Shown: positions 9,936 to 20,166, numbered from the stretch's first letter. The stretch: DNA of 64,000 nucleotides from an uncultured Ectothiorhodospiraceae bacterium (GCA_964564245.1 CAZMAK010000006.1:1213-65212), one strand, 5' to 3'. Notes: generated by a model not told the origin, from the letters alone. A program made the numbers and translations.

Positions 9936-10086
9936 CACCCGTCCTCCTGTTCTGTTCTGCAACGACCAGATTCACAGTACCAGCGTAGACGCCTGCCCTC
10001 GAATCGGCAAGCCGGGAAGCGACGCAGGTGCGCCCGCGGGATCCCCCCTCGCCGGCTCGCCACGATAGCCTGCGTCCGACAGGCGC

Positions 10087-10548
10087 CTAGTGCAGCAGGT
10101 AACGCCCACCCGAGGCCACGGCCACCACCAGCAGCCCGAGCAGCAGGTTGATGCCGATCAGTACCCGGATCTGCGCGAGCGACTTGCCACCGGCCGGCCA
10201 GTCCGCGTTCGCTACCGCCCGCTTGAGCCGCCCGAACGGCGCAAAATAGACATGCAGGAAGATCAGGATCATGGTGTAGCCGCACCAGAGCATGACATGG
10301 ACGTGCAGCCCGACGTGATCGAAGCCCTGGTAGTAGGAAAGCACCATCCAGTAACCGGTCGCCAGCAGGGTCGCGATGGCCGCGAACACCCAGGGAAAGA
10401 AACGGCTGAACACGCCCGCCCACAATGCCAGCCGTACCGGCGGCTCCAGCTGGCTGGCTGCCACCGGCCGCAACGCCATGTACGCAAAAAACATCCCGCC
10501 GACCCAGATCACCGCGGCCAGCAGGTGCAGCAATATCGCCAAACCCAT
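10087..10548 (-). CDS. CopD-like / DUF2269-like integral membrane protein
   Basis: Four predicted helices. The N-terminal LLHLLAAVIWVGGMFF resembles CopD-family proteins. Confidence 0.45.
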   Translation of the reverse strand: MGLAILLHLLAAVIWVGGMFFAYMALRPVAASQLEPPVRLALWAGVFSRFFPWVFAAIATLLATGYWMVLSYYQGFDHVGLHVHVMLWCGYTMILIFLHVYFAPFGRLKRAVANADWPAGGKSLAQIRVLIGINLLLGLLVVAVASGGRYLLH

Positions 10549-10647
10549 GATCGATCACTCCCCGGGTTCACCCGGTGTGTACAAACGAACTTGCACGCAT
10601 TGTACAATGCCACCACGCAAAATGCCCCGCCACAGGAAACCGCGCGC

Positions 10648-11199
10648 ATGCCGACGAGTGAACAAACCCCGGTACACATCAGTCAGTCGGTCGCGATCCT
10701 GGTGGACGGCAACAACATCGAACGCAGCATCCACTCGGAAACCGGCAAGCCCAATACCATGCTCAATTTCGATACCCTGGTGCCGCGGCTGCTGGGTAAC
10801 CGGGGTCTGAACCGGCTGGTGTACTTCCGCGAAGGCCGGCAGATCTCGTCCAAACTCAGGGAACGCCTGCATGCCAACTACCACGGCTCGGTGCGGCCCT
10901 GCCGCAAGAGCGCCGACATCCCGCTGTCGATCAAGGCCACCCAGCTTGCCAACAAGGTCGACACCATCATCATCATGTCCGGCGATTCCGACTACGTTGA
11001 ACTGGTCGCGCACCTGAAGTCGGAAGGCGTGCGCGTGGAAATCGCCGCCGTGCCCTCCACCACCTCGAGGCTGCTGATCGAGGAAGCGGACTACTTTCAC
11101 GAGATCACGCAGGAAGACTGGTTCACGCTGGAACCGAAGAAGAAGGCCGTGCGCACTCCGCCGGTACGCAGGCCGGAGCCGCCCGTCGCGGACAGTTGA
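10648..11199 (+). CDS. NYN-domain (LabA/YacP-like) protein
   Basis: VAILVDGNNIERS ... IIIMSGDSDYVELV is the NYN/PIN-like signature. Confidence 0.7.
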   Translation: MPTSEQTPVHISQSVAILVDGNNIERSIHSETGKPNTMLNFDTLVPRLLGNRGLNRLVYFREGRQISSKLRERLHANYHGSVRPCRKSADIPLSIKATQLANKVDTIIIMSGDSDYVELVAHLKSEGVRVEIAAVPSTTSRLLIEEADYFHEITQEDWFTLEPKKKAVRTPPVRRPEPPVADS

Positions 11200-11210
11200 C
11201 TGGCAGCCGG

Positions 11211-12665
11211 CTACGCATCGGGCAACAGGCTGTCACCAGTCAGGGCGATATCCACGGCACGGGCGCACTGGCGCCCCTCGCGGATCGCCCACACCACCAG
11301 CGACTGACCGCGACGTGCGTCACCGCAGGCAAATACCCGGTCCAGGCTGGTACGGAAATCCGCCTCCGTTGCGTGGATATTGCCGCGCTCGTCCAGTTGC
11401 ACGCCACTGTCCCGCACCAGCCCCGCGTGGCGGACATGACTGAATCCGGTGGCAACCAGCACCAGCTGCACCGGCAGCCGGCGCACCATCCCGACCACCG
11501 GATGCCGTTTCCAGCCACCGTCCGCGCGCCGCTCCCAGCGTAGCCGCTGCAACTGCAGCTCGCTTACCCGGCCCGCCTCACCGGCCAGCGCCGTCGTGTC
11601 GAATCCCCAGATGCGGCGACAGCCCTCCTCGTCATGGTCGGTGGCATGCCATTCCGGCACCGGGCCGGGCCAGTACAGCAGATTGTCCACCCTGCGTGGC
11701 GGACAGTCGTGGTACTGGATCTGGTAGACCTCGCGGGCGCCCTGCCGCAGTGCGGTACCGACACAGTCGCCGCCGGTGTCACCGCCACCGATCACGGCCA
11801 CCGACCTGCCGTGCGCGTCGATGACGCGGTCCGGTGCAATGCCCGCACCGGCCACCCGGCGGTTCTGCTGTTCGAGAAATTCCATCGCATAGTGCACGCC
11901 CTGCAGGGTGTTGCCGGGCACGGCGAGTTCGCGCGGCTGTTCCGCGCCACAGGCCAGCACCACGGCGTGTGCCTGTCGCCGCAGCGCGGCAAGCTGATGT
12001 GCCGAGTCAATCGCTGTGCCGGTGCGGAAGTGCACACCCTCTGCCTGCAATTGCCGCAACCGGCGGTCCAGGACCCGCTTTTCCAGCCGGAAATCCGGGA
12101 TGCCGTAGCGCAACAGCCCCCCGGGGCGGTCGGCCCGGTCATACACCGTGACCCGGTACCCGGCACTGTTCAGCTGCTGTGCACAGGCCAGACCGGCCGG
12201 CCCCGAGCCCACCACGGCCACACGCTGGAAGCGGCGCATACGGATACGCGCCGGAACGATCCAGCCGGAACGCCACGCATGTTCGACAATGGCCAGCTCG
12301 ATCGAGCGAATTGTGACCGGCTGGTGGTGGATACTGAGCGTGCACGCCGCCTCGCACGGTGCACCGCAGATACGACCGGTGAATTCCGGGAAGTTGTTGG
12401 TGCTCTCGAGTTGCTGCCAGGCCTGGAACCAGTCGTCCTCACTGACCAGCAGGTTCCAGTCCGGAATCAGGTTGTGCACCGGGCAATGGCTGTGGCAGCA
12501 CGGCGTGCCGCAATCCATGCAGCGTTTCGCCTGGGTGCTGGCCTGCGATACCGGCATGGTGGATTCGTACTCGTGCCAGTGTCGCACGCGCACGCCGGCA
12601 CCCTGCCGGGTAGCCCCGGCACGCGCGTAATGCAGGAATCCACGCTCATCCATCGGGTCACTCAC
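11211..12665 (-). CDS. Glutamate synthase small-subunit-family NADPH oxidoreductase (GltD-like), no adjacent large subunit
   Basis: Cys cluster CMDCGTPCCHSHCP, FAD/NAD Rossmann motifs VAVVGSGPAGLA and VAVIGGGDTGGDC. No gltB is present on either side. Confidence 0.85.
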   Translation of the reverse strand: MSDPMDERGFLHYARAGATRQGAGVRVRHWHEYESTMPVSQASTQAKRCMDCGTPCCHSHCPVHNLIPDWNLLVSEDDWFQAWQQLESTNNFPEFTGRICGAPCEAACTLSIHHQPVTIRSIELAIVEHAWRSGWIVPARIRMRRFQRVAVVGSGPAGLACAQQLNSAGYRVTVYDRADRPGGLLRYGIPDFRLEKRVLDRRLRQLQAEGVHFRTGTAIDSAHQLAALRRQAHAVVLACGAEQPRELAVPGNTLQGVHYAMEFLEQQNRRVAGAGIAPDRVIDAHGRSVAVIGGGDTGGDCVGTALRQGAREVYQIQYHDCPPRRVDNLLYWPGPVPEWHATDHDEEGCRRIWGFDTTALAGEAGRVSELQLQRLRWERRADGGWKRHPVVGMVRRLPVQLVLVATGFSHVRHAGLVRDSGVQLDERGNIHATEADFRTSLDRVFACGDARRGQSLVVWAIREGRQCARAVDIALTGDSLLPDA

Positions 12666-12814
12666 CGGACAACCTCACTCTTCCCAGTGTAGACCAACCG
12701 CCCGGCATGCAGAACGCCTGGCAAGCCACACCGGTACCGGTCTGCCGCCGTGATGGCAGTTACCCGGGATATCGTCCGTCTGACAAGGCATGGGCCACTT
12801 ACCGGGATTCCGGT

Positions 12815-13102
12815 TCAGTCAGGGGCCATACACGATGCTGTCAACTCGGTTGCAGTTGCCGGCCGCGCCAGCAGTGCCAGCTTGGCCGCACGCGGCAGTC
12901 GCTTGATCTCCGCCTCGCGCCGGCTGGCGGTGCTGCGGGTATGGCCGGTTTCGAGGTACACCACCTGCCGCGGACGGCGTCCGCGGAAATATTTCGCACC
13001 TCGCCTGCCGCCGTGCTGCGAGAGGCGCCGCGCCAGATCGGTGGTGATCCCCGTATAGAGGGAATTATCCGTACAAAGAATAATATATACCTGCCAACCC
13101 AT
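12815..13102 (-). CDS. GIY-YIG nuclease-family protein (UPF0213/YhbQ-like)
   Basis: WQVYIILCTDNSLYTGITTDLARRLSQH is a GIY-YIG motif. The protein is 95 aa. Confidence 0.8.
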   Translation of the reverse strand: MGWQVYIILCTDNSLYTGITTDLARRLSQHGGRRGAKYFRGRRPRQVVYLETGHTRSTASRREAEIKRLPRAAKLALLARPATATELTASCMAPD

Positions 13103-13207
13103 GCCGCCGTTCCCGGAATATCCCGCCCCCCGGCACAATTCCGGGTGCGTTGTGCTAGTATCGCCGCCACATTTCCACCGCCCACGACGATTGTACAGGA
13201 GCCAGTC

Positions 13208-13693
13208 ATGCAGATTCAGACCAACCGCGTTGTCAGCCTCAGCTATACGCTGAAAGACGACAAGAACGAAATCATTGACGAATCCACCGATGGCAGCTTC
13301 TGCTACCTGCACGGTGCCAGCAACATCATCCCCGGGCTGGAAGACTCCCTGACCGGCAAGAGTGCCGGCGACGAATTGTCCGTCACCGTCGCACCCGAGC
13401 AGGCCTACGGCGTGCGCGAAGATGACCGTATCCAGGAAGTACCGCGCGAGATGTTCCCGGGTGACGTCGACATCGAGCCGGGCATGCAGTTCCATGCGCA
13501 GGGCCCGGACGGCCAGAACATCGTCGTGATGGTCGCCAGTGTGGACGAGTCAACCGTCACCGTCGACGGCAATCACCCGCTGGCCGGCGTGCAGCTCAAT
13601 TTCGACGTGAAGGTGCTGTCGGTGCGCGAGGCCACCGCGGAAGAACTGGAACACGGGCACGTGCACGGCCCGCACGGGCACCAGCACGACTGA
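13208..13693 (+). CDS. slyD: FKBP-type peptidyl-prolyl isomerase SlyD
   Basis: Collinear with E. coli SlyD, including the DGNHPLAG motif and a His-rich tail HGHVHGPHGHQHD. Confidence 0.85.
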   Translation: MQIQTNRVVSLSYTLKDDKNEIIDESTDGSFCYLHGASNIIPGLEDSLTGKSAGDELSVTVAPEQAYGVREDDRIQEVPREMFPGDVDIEPGMQFHAQGPDGQNIVVMVASVDESTVTVDGNHPLAGVQLNFDVKVLSVREATAEELEHGHVHGPHGHQHD

Positions 13694-13705
13694 GGCGGCT
13701 GGTGC

Positions 13706-14269
13706 ATGAAGGCGACCGAACTGAAGAAGGGCATGGTCATCGACGTCGATGGCCGCAACATCGTGATCCGGTCGCTGGACGTGCAGAGCCCGTCCTCGCG
13801 CAGCGGCAGCACCCTGTACAAGGTGCGCGGCTACGACATCGTCAGCAAGAGCAAGTACGAGAACCGCTTCAAGGGTGATGACAATCTCCAGCCGGTGGAA
13901 TTCGTACGGCGCCCGGTACAATACCTGTATCGCGACGACGGTGACTGCCACTTCATGGACCGGGAAAGTTTCGAGCAGTACACGCTGGGCGCCGATGTTA
14001 TCGAAGAGGAACTGATGTATCTCGGAGATGAACTGGAGGGGCTGCTGGCGATGATCGCCGACGGCGTGATCCTCGGTATCGAGCTGCCGGCCACCGTGGT
14101 GCTGAAGATCGAGGACACCGCGCCCGGCATGAAGACGGCCTCCGCCTCCTCCCGTACCAAGCCGGCCACGCTGGCGACCGGCCTGGTGGTACAGGTCCCG
14201 GAATACCTGGCCGCGGGAGAACTCATCAAGGTCAACACCGGCACCGGCGAGTACATCTCGCGGGCCTGA
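13706..14269 (+). CDS. efpL: Elongation factor P-like protein (YeiP/EfpL)
   Basis: MKATELKKGMVID ... KPATLATGLVVQVPEYL is collinear with E. coli YeiP. Confidence 0.85.
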   Translation: MKATELKKGMVIDVDGRNIVIRSLDVQSPSSRSGSTLYKVRGYDIVSKSKYENRFKGDDNLQPVEFVRRPVQYLYRDDGDCHFMDRESFEQYTLGADVIEEELMYLGDELEGLLAMIADGVILGIELPATVVLKIEDTAPGMKTASASSRTKPATLATGLVVQVPEYLAAGELIKVNTGTGEYISRA

Positions 14270-14318
14270 CCGGCGCTGTCACCGGGATACCCGTGGCACA
14301 GGGTGCGCATGGCGCACC

Positions 14319-15191
14319 CTACGACGGGCTGGCAATCTCCCCCATCCTGCCCGCCTGGTAGTCGCGGACCGCCTGTGCGATTTCCGCCTCGGTATTCATC
14401 ACGAACGGGCCGTGCTGCACCATCGGCTCGTTCAGCGGCACCCCCCCCAGCAGCAACAGCTGGGCCTCGACCGCGGCGCCGCCCGGTACGCCGATATCGA
14501 TCTCATCGCCACTGCCCAGCACGCCCATCTGTCCGTCCAGCAGGTCGGTGCCGGCCACCTGGACGGCGCCCTGGAACACGTACAGCAGACCGTTGTGATC
14601 CGCCGGCAGCGGCTGTATGACCCGGGCGCCCGGCTGCAGGATCCAGTGCTGGTAGACAAACGGGGTATGGGTGTCGATGCGGGCACTCGTGCCGAGTGCC
14701 TCGCCGGCAATCACCCTCACCCGCGCCAGGCCGTCCGCACTGCGCGCCTCCGGGATGCGTGATGCCTCGATCTCCTGGTAGCGTGGCGCCGTCATCTTCA
14801 GGCGTGCCGGCAGGTTGACCCAGATCTGGAAGCCGTGCACCACCCCGCCATCGTGCAGGATGCGCGCCGACGGCATCTCCGAGTGCACCACCCCGCGCCC
14901 GGCCGTCATCCACTGTACATCGCCCGGATTGATGCGGCCGGCGTGGCCAGCCGAGTCCCGGTGCTCGAATTCACCTTCGAGCATATAGGTGACGGTTTCG
15001 AAACCGCGATGCGGGTGATCCGGCGCACCCACCGCCTCGCCCGGGCGGTAATCGGCCGGGCCCATCTCGTCGATCAGCAGGATCGGGTCGACCTGGCGCA
15101 TGCCGGCCGCTGGCAAGGGACGACGTACCTGGAATCCACCGCCCTCCAGCTGGCGGCGGGCCGTTATGACCTGTTGAATCGCTCTTGGCAT
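14319..15191 (-). CDS. Pirin-family protein
   Basis: HPHRGFETVTYMLEG cupin motif plus a second cupin domain. A GGGAGG ribosome-binding site lies upstream. Confidence 0.85.
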   Translation of the reverse strand: MPRAIQQVITARRQLEGGGFQVRRPLPAAGMRQVDPILLIDEMGPADYRPGEAVGAPDHPHRGFETVTYMLEGEFEHRDSAGHAGRINPGDVQWMTAGRGVVHSEMPSARILHDGGVVHGFQIWVNLPARLKMTAPRYQEIEASRIPEARSADGLARVRVIAGEALGTSARIDTHTPFVYQHWILQPGARVIQPLPADHNGLLYVFQGAVQVAGTDLLDGQMGVLGSGDEIDIGVPGGAAVEAQLLLLGGVPLNEPMVQHGPFVMNTEAEIAQAVRDYQAGRMGEIASPS

Positions 15192-15252
15192 GCGTCACCT
15201 CCCGGCATCCGTACTGTAACGGGTCAGACCAGCGTGCTGGCCGACTGTTCAC

Positions 15253-17148
15253 TCACAACCCGGCTTCCAGCCGTTCCCAGCGCCCGTAGCACTGCTCCAG
15301 TTCTGCAATCACCGCATCCAGGCGTGCCAGCGTGGCACTGACCGTTTCCTGCGACTGCCGGTAAAACGCCGGTTCGTTGATCGCTTCCTGAAGTGTAGCC
15401 TGTTCCTTCTCAAGCACCTCGATGCGCGCCGGCAGGCCGTCCAGTTCGCGCTGGTCCCGGTAGGACAGCTTCCGGGTGCGTGGCGCAGTTGCCACCTGCG
15501 GGACAGACGGATTGCCGGCGGACTTCTGCGCCGGCCTGGCCGGCACGGTCCGTTCCGTGCGTTGCCGTTCCCAGTCGGCATAACCGCCCACGTATTCCCC
15601 GATCACGCCCTGGCCTTCGAACACCAGCGTACCGGTGACCACGTTATCGAGGAAGCTGCGGTCATGGCTGACCAGCAACAGGGTACCGTCGTACCCGGTC
15701 AGCAGCTCTTCCAGCAGTTCCAGTGTCTCCACGTCCAGGTCGTTGGTCGGCTCGTCCATCACCAGCAGGTTGGCCGGGCGTGCAAACAGGCGCGCCAGCA
15801 GCAGGCGGTTGCGTTCCCCGCCGGACAGGCTGCTGACCGGCGAGTGCAGGCGTTGCGGGGGGAACAGGAAATCGCGCAGGTAACCGGCCACGTGCCGGTC
15901 GCGTCCGTGGATGGTAACGGTACGGCTGCCTTCGCCGACGCTGTCGATCAGCGCCTTGTCCGGGTCGAGCTGTTCACGCTGCTGGTCGAAATAGGCCACC
16001 TGCAGGCGGGTACCCATGCGCACCCGGCCGGCTTGCGGCGCAAGCTGGCCAAGCAGCACCCGGATCAGCGTGGATTTGCCGGCACCGTTCGGGCCGATGA
16101 TGCCGACGCGGTCGCCACGCAGGATGGTCGTGGAGAAGTCCCGGATCACGGTCGCGTCGCCGTAACCGGCAGTAACATGTTCCGCCTCGACCACCAGCCG
16201 GCCGGACTGTTCGGCCTGCTCGAGCTGCAGCACGGCCGTACCGCCGCGTTCGCGGCGCTGACGCCGTTCCTCGCGCAGCGCCTTGAGTGCCCGGACCCGG
16301 CCTTCGTTGCGGGTACGCCGCGCCTTGATGCCCTGGCGAATCCATGCCTCTTCCTGTGACAGTTTCCTGTCGAACAGCGCGTCGTGACGTGCCTCCACTT
16401 CCAGTTGCTCCTGCTTGCGTCGCAGGTAGTCATCGTAGTTGCCGGGCCAGGAACTCAGCTGTCCCCGGTCCAGCTCGATGATGCGGGTCGCCAGCCGGCG
16501 CACGAAGGTGCGGTCGTGACTGATGAACAGCAGCGCGCCGGTGAATTCCGGCAGATACTGTTCCAGCCAGGTGATGGCCTCGATGTCGAGGTGGTTGGTC
16601 GGTTCGTCCAGCAACAGCAGGTCCGGCTCGCACACCAGCGCACGCGCCAGCAGCGCGCGCCGGCGCCAGCCACCGGAAAGTTCCGCAAAGCGCCGTTCTC
16701 CGTCCAGCTGCAACCGCGACAGCACGCGCTCCACGCGTTGCTCCAGCTGCCAGCCGCCGGCGGCCTCCAGCTGCTGCTGCAGTACGGCGAGACGCTGCAG
16801 TCCGGCCGCATCGTGGGACCGGGCCAGTTGTGCGGCCAGCCGGTGGTAGTCGGCCATCAGACGACCCTGCTCCTGCAGACCACCGGCCACCACGTCGAAC
16901 ACGCTGCCCCCGGCCTCCGGTTCCGCCTCCTGCGCCAGGTACGCGAGCTGCGTCGCGGGCCGCAGCCACACCGTGCCGTCATCCGGCGCCTGCATCCCGC
17001 CGATCACGCGCAACAGCGAGGACTTGCCCTCCCCGTTGCGACCGACCAGGCACACGCGCTCGCCGCGGGATACCTCGAGGTCGACGGCATCGATCAGGGG
17101 ACGGTGGCCGAAGGCAAGCGACAGCCGGTTGAGGCGAAGTATGGGCAT
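15253..17148 (-). CDS. uup: ABC-F family ATPase Uup
   Basis: Two ABC cassettes with Walker A motifs (GRNGEGKS, GPNGAGKS) and LSGG signatures, plus a C-terminal coiled-coil extension. 631 aa. Confidence 0.85.
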   Translation of the reverse strand: MPILRLNRLSLAFGHRPLIDAVDLEVSRGERVCLVGRNGEGKSSLLRVIGGMQAPDDGTVWLRPATQLAYLAQEAEPEAGGSVFDVVAGGLQEQGRLMADYHRLAAQLARSHDAAGLQRLAVLQQQLEAAGGWQLEQRVERVLSRLQLDGERRFAELSGGWRRRALLARALVCEPDLLLLDEPTNHLDIEAITWLEQYLPEFTGALLFISHDRTFVRRLATRIIELDRGQLSSWPGNYDDYLRRKQEQLEVEARHDALFDRKLSQEEAWIRQGIKARRTRNEGRVRALKALREERRQRRERGGTAVLQLEQAEQSGRLVVEAEHVTAGYGDATVIRDFSTTILRGDRVGIIGPNGAGKSTLIRVLLGQLAPQAGRVRMGTRLQVAYFDQQREQLDPDKALIDSVGEGSRTVTIHGRDRHVAGYLRDFLFPPQRLHSPVSSLSGGERNRLLLARLFARPANLLVMDEPTNDLDVETLELLEELLTGYDGTLLLVSHDRSFLDNVVTGTLVFEGQGVIGEYVGGYADWERQRTERTVPARPAQKSAGNPSVPQVATAPRTRKLSYRDQRELDGLPARIEVLEKEQATLQEAINEPAFYRQSQETVSATLARLDAVIAELEQCYGRWERLEAGL

Positions 17149-17224
17149 GGTGATACAACTGGCAGCAGTTACCGGGTCGGGACAGACCGGGCGGCGCCCG
17201 GTGTTCCGGTAGTGTTAGGATACT

Positions 17225-18328
17225 ATGGATTGCACGTGCCGTGCGTTCCCCGTCCCGCGGCAGGTGGAAGCAGCGGCCGTCTCCACCACGGTGGATACGA
17301 CGGCAAGGACGGATGCACCAGTGAAGGTGAAGACACGACCCATGCGTGCTGAATGCTATTCCCAGCGCCTGCTCAATCCCTTTCGCGGCAGCATGAACTG
17401 TATCCGCTACCGCTCGGCCGATGCCGTCACCGCCGATGGCGTACACTGGGACATCTACGTCAGCAACGAGGCCCTGCTGGAGGGATTGCCGGGGCAGCGC
17501 AAGGCCCAGGTCAGTGACATCCGCTTCGGCAGCTGGTCCAGGGCGCGCGGCCTGCGGCGTGGCCCGCTCTTCCCGTCGGATGATTTTCTGCAGCTGGAGG
17601 CGATGGGACAGCGGCTCTACGAGATCCTGCTGGAGACGCACGGGCAGGTCCCGTTTCCGTTCCGGGATGACTACGAGCTCTGGCTGCTCGATCGCGAGCT
17701 GCACCCGCTGGCCCTGCTGGAGAGCGCGTTGACGGAACAGGACATCAGCCGGGCGCCGTCGCTGCAGTGGTCGCCGGGACTGAACAGCCGCAAGACCTTC
17801 ACCTCACAGGCCGCCGCACCACTCGGCATCGACCGCACCCGACCCGGCGCGGTGGCCGACTACCTGTCGGCCTACATCAACCGCCTGGCCGGCCCGCAAC
17901 CGGTGGCACAGCTGTTCCGGCGCGAAGCCGATGGCAGCGGCCGCGGACTGGGCGGGTGCAACCTGCCCGACGCAATCGCCGGGCGACGGCTGGAGCGAAC
18001 GGTGTTTCCGGCCGACCTGATCGACCTGCAGCGGCATGACGAGCTGCATGGCCGGTTGCTGCAGGATTTCGTGTGCTGGCAGGCACCGTGGCACCTGGTG
18101 CGGCACGACCTCGACAGCACGGCGCGTGGCGAATTCGAACGGCACGCCAGCGTGCAGCCGCTGAAGGTGGCGCACCAGTACCGGCTCTACCCTGCGATCG
18201 TCGATCGCCGTATCATCGATGCGGCACGGGTCGAGGCACGCCTGCGCGAGGCCATGCCGGTAACGGTGGAGGCGGAGAAGATCATGTCGACGTTCTACAT
18301 CGAGCTGAACCCGGAAGTGGCGGACTAA
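17225..18328 (+). CDS. Hypothetical protein
   Basis: Long ORF with codon usage consistent with neighbours and AGGAT upstream of the ATG. No recognisable motif; the true start is uncertain (an alternative ATG is at 17342). Confidence 0.4.
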   Translation: MDCTCRAFPVPRQVEAAAVSTTVDTTARTDAPVKVKTRPMRAECYSQRLLNPFRGSMNCIRYRSADAVTADGVHWDIYVSNEALLEGLPGQRKAQVSDIRFGSWSRARGLRRGPLFPSDDFLQLEAMGQRLYEILLETHGQVPFPFRDDYELWLLDRELHPLALLESALTEQDISRAPSLQWSPGLNSRKTFTSQAAAPLGIDRTRPGAVADYLSAYINRLAGPQPVAQLFRREADGSGRGLGGCNLPDAIAGRRLERTVFPADLIDLQRHDELHGRLLQDFVCWQAPWHLVRHDLDSTARGEFERHASVQPLKVAHQYRLYPAIVDRRIIDAARVEARLREAMPVTVEAEKIMSTFYIELNPEVAD

Positions 18329-18512
18329 GCCGGCTTCGAACGGCCGGAACGCGGCCGGAGCGGTGCGCGGTCATCGCGGCGCCGGCCTGCCTGGAGTCCA
18401 GGCGAATTCTAGTACCTAGGTATAAGTGACATACCGGGCGCAGGCCTTTAAGGTAAGTGCATCGGTCCACTCCATGGACGGAATGGAACACTGGAATTAC
18501 AGAGGGTGCATC

Positions 18513-19169
18513 ATGGGTAAATCACGGCTGCAAGGGACGGTTTTCGCCGCCCTGTTCCTGCTATTCACCGTACCGGCCAATGCCGCGCTGGTTTCGTACC
18601 AGTTCAGCTGGGAGGTCTCGGGGGTCACCGCTTCCGCGGGCAATGTATTCACCGATGTGTCCGCTATCCACATCGGTGACAACTATACCGGGTCATTCAG
18701 CTACGAAACTGCACCGTCGGTCGCACCGCCCCCCTACAACGGCATCGGGGACATCGCATCCGTCACGGTAAACGACTTCCTGCTTGCCGGCAGTGGTTAC
18801 GAAATCTTCACCTCCGACGGTTTCCGGGCCCAGCTCAGCTACGGCATTCCGTTCAGTTATCCCGGCACTCCGGATGAAGGATTCTTCAGCCTGTATCTCG
18901 ACCTGGCGGACTCCTCCGGCGCAACGAGCTACGCATCCCTGCCCGGCAGCCTGTCACTCGCCGACGTTGACATTCGTACGGTATCCGCCATTGTGCACGG
19001 TGGACCGGCCTATCCGGACAGCAGCTTCGGGCTTTCCGGTACCATCGTCTCGCTCCAGTCCGGATACGCTGCCGCACCACAGGCGGTGCCGCTGCCCGCG
19101 CCGGTCGGCCTGCTTGCCAGCGGCCTGCTGGGACTGGCCGGACTGGGTGTGAACCGCAAAACCTCCTGA
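18513..19169 (+). CDS. PEP-CTERM sorting-domain protein
   Basis: Signal peptide, Ser/Gly/Tyr-rich body and C-terminal VPLPAPVGLLASGLLGLAGLGVNRK (PEP-like motif, transmembrane helix, basic tail). Confidence 0.6.
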   Translation: MGKSRLQGTVFAALFLLFTVPANAALVSYQFSWEVSGVTASAGNVFTDVSAIHIGDNYTGSFSYETAPSVAPPPYNGIGDIASVTVNDFLLAGSGYEIFTSDGFRAQLSYGIPFSYPGTPDEGFFSLYLDLADSSGATSYASLPGSLSLADVDIRTVSAIVHGGPAYPDSSFGLSGTIVSLQSGYAAAPQAVPLPAPVGLLASGLLGLAGLGVNRKTS

Positions 19170-19197
19170 GCACACGCCGCACCCGGCACCGTCCGTC

Positions 19198-20166
19198 TCA
19201 GGGCACCAGCCGCATGTCGTCCAGGTAGATCGTCCTGGCCCCCGGCAGTGACACCGCGAATATCACCACCCCGCGAATCCGGCGCATGTCCATGCGGCGT
19301 CCCGCGGGACTGGCCGCCACCTCGGCCAGGTCGATGGCAAGGTGATTCCAGCCCTGCCGCAGCAGGAAGCTGCGGTTGAAGCGGTCCGGGTAGGCCTCCC
19401 CGTGACTGTCGTGCAGGCGATCGTGGATCCGGCAGGTTACCTCCAGCGGTTCGGCAGCGGGATTGTACAGGCTGAATTCCAGGCGGCGCTGTGCCGACCA
19501 GTCACCCTCGAAATATTTCAGTGCAACGCCGGAATACGGACCGGTGTCCAGCATGATTTTCAGGACCCTGCCTGATGCAATGGATGGATCACTGACCACC
19601 AGGTGCGTTGCGTCCCCGCTCCAGCGGTCCACCTCGAACGGTGTTTCAAAACCGGACAGCAATGGAAACTGTCGCCACGCGATCGCCTCGTCCAGCAGGC
19701 TCCTTGCGACCGGCCACAGCTGGTCCAGCAACAGCAGCAGGACGACTGCCTGCAATCCGGTGCGCAATGCAGGCGGGTGCAGTCTTGCGGACGGCGCAGC
19801 GAAGACCAGTGCAACCAGGCCGCCGACCAGGTCACGCAGCACGTCATCGACATCCGGCGTGCGGCCGGTGTCCTTCTGCAACAACTCGATCGCCGTACCC
19901 AGCAGTACGGTGATCCCGAGGATCACGATCCACTGCACGGGCAGCGGACGGCACGCAACCACAGGCCACCGGACCAGCACGCTGCCAAGCAGGAAGAAAT
20001 AGATGATGTGGCCGATGTCCCAGCCGTGCTGGAACGACCGGGGCGAGCCGTATCCCGGACCACCCAGAAACAGCAGCACGGAGCCGGTCGCCAGCAGCAC
20101 CCCGGTGAGCCACGGACGGCGGGACAGGAAATCAGCGGGTAACGGTGTGACTGCCATGCGCGACAT
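19198..20166 (-). CDS. VanZ-like membrane protein with a C-terminal extra domain
   Basis: The N-terminal four-helix region with IELLQ...RTPDVDDVLRDLVGGLVAL matches the VanZ family. About 170 aa of unknown soluble domain follows. Confidence 0.55.
   Translation of the reverse strand: MSRMAVTPLPADFLSRRPWLTGVLLATGSVLLFLGGPGYGSPRSFQHGWDIGHIIYFFLLGSVLVRWPVVACRPLPVQWIVILGITVLLGTAIELLQKDTGRTPDVDDVLRDLVGGLVALVFAAPSARLHPPALRTGLQAVVLLLLLDQLWPVARSLLDEAIAWRQFPLLSGFETPFEVDRWSGDATHLVVSDPSIASGRVLKIMLDTGPYSGVALKYFEGDWSAQRRLEFSLYNPAAEPLEVTCRIHDRLHDSHGEAYPDRFNRSFLLRQGWNHLAIDLAEVAASPAGRRMDMRRIRGVVIFAVSLPGARTIYLDDMRLVP

Noticed and set aside
15562-17352. Two long plus-strand ORFs (265 and 322 aa) inside uup
   Set aside because: Antisense to a canonical ABC-F gene with both Walker A and both signature motifs.
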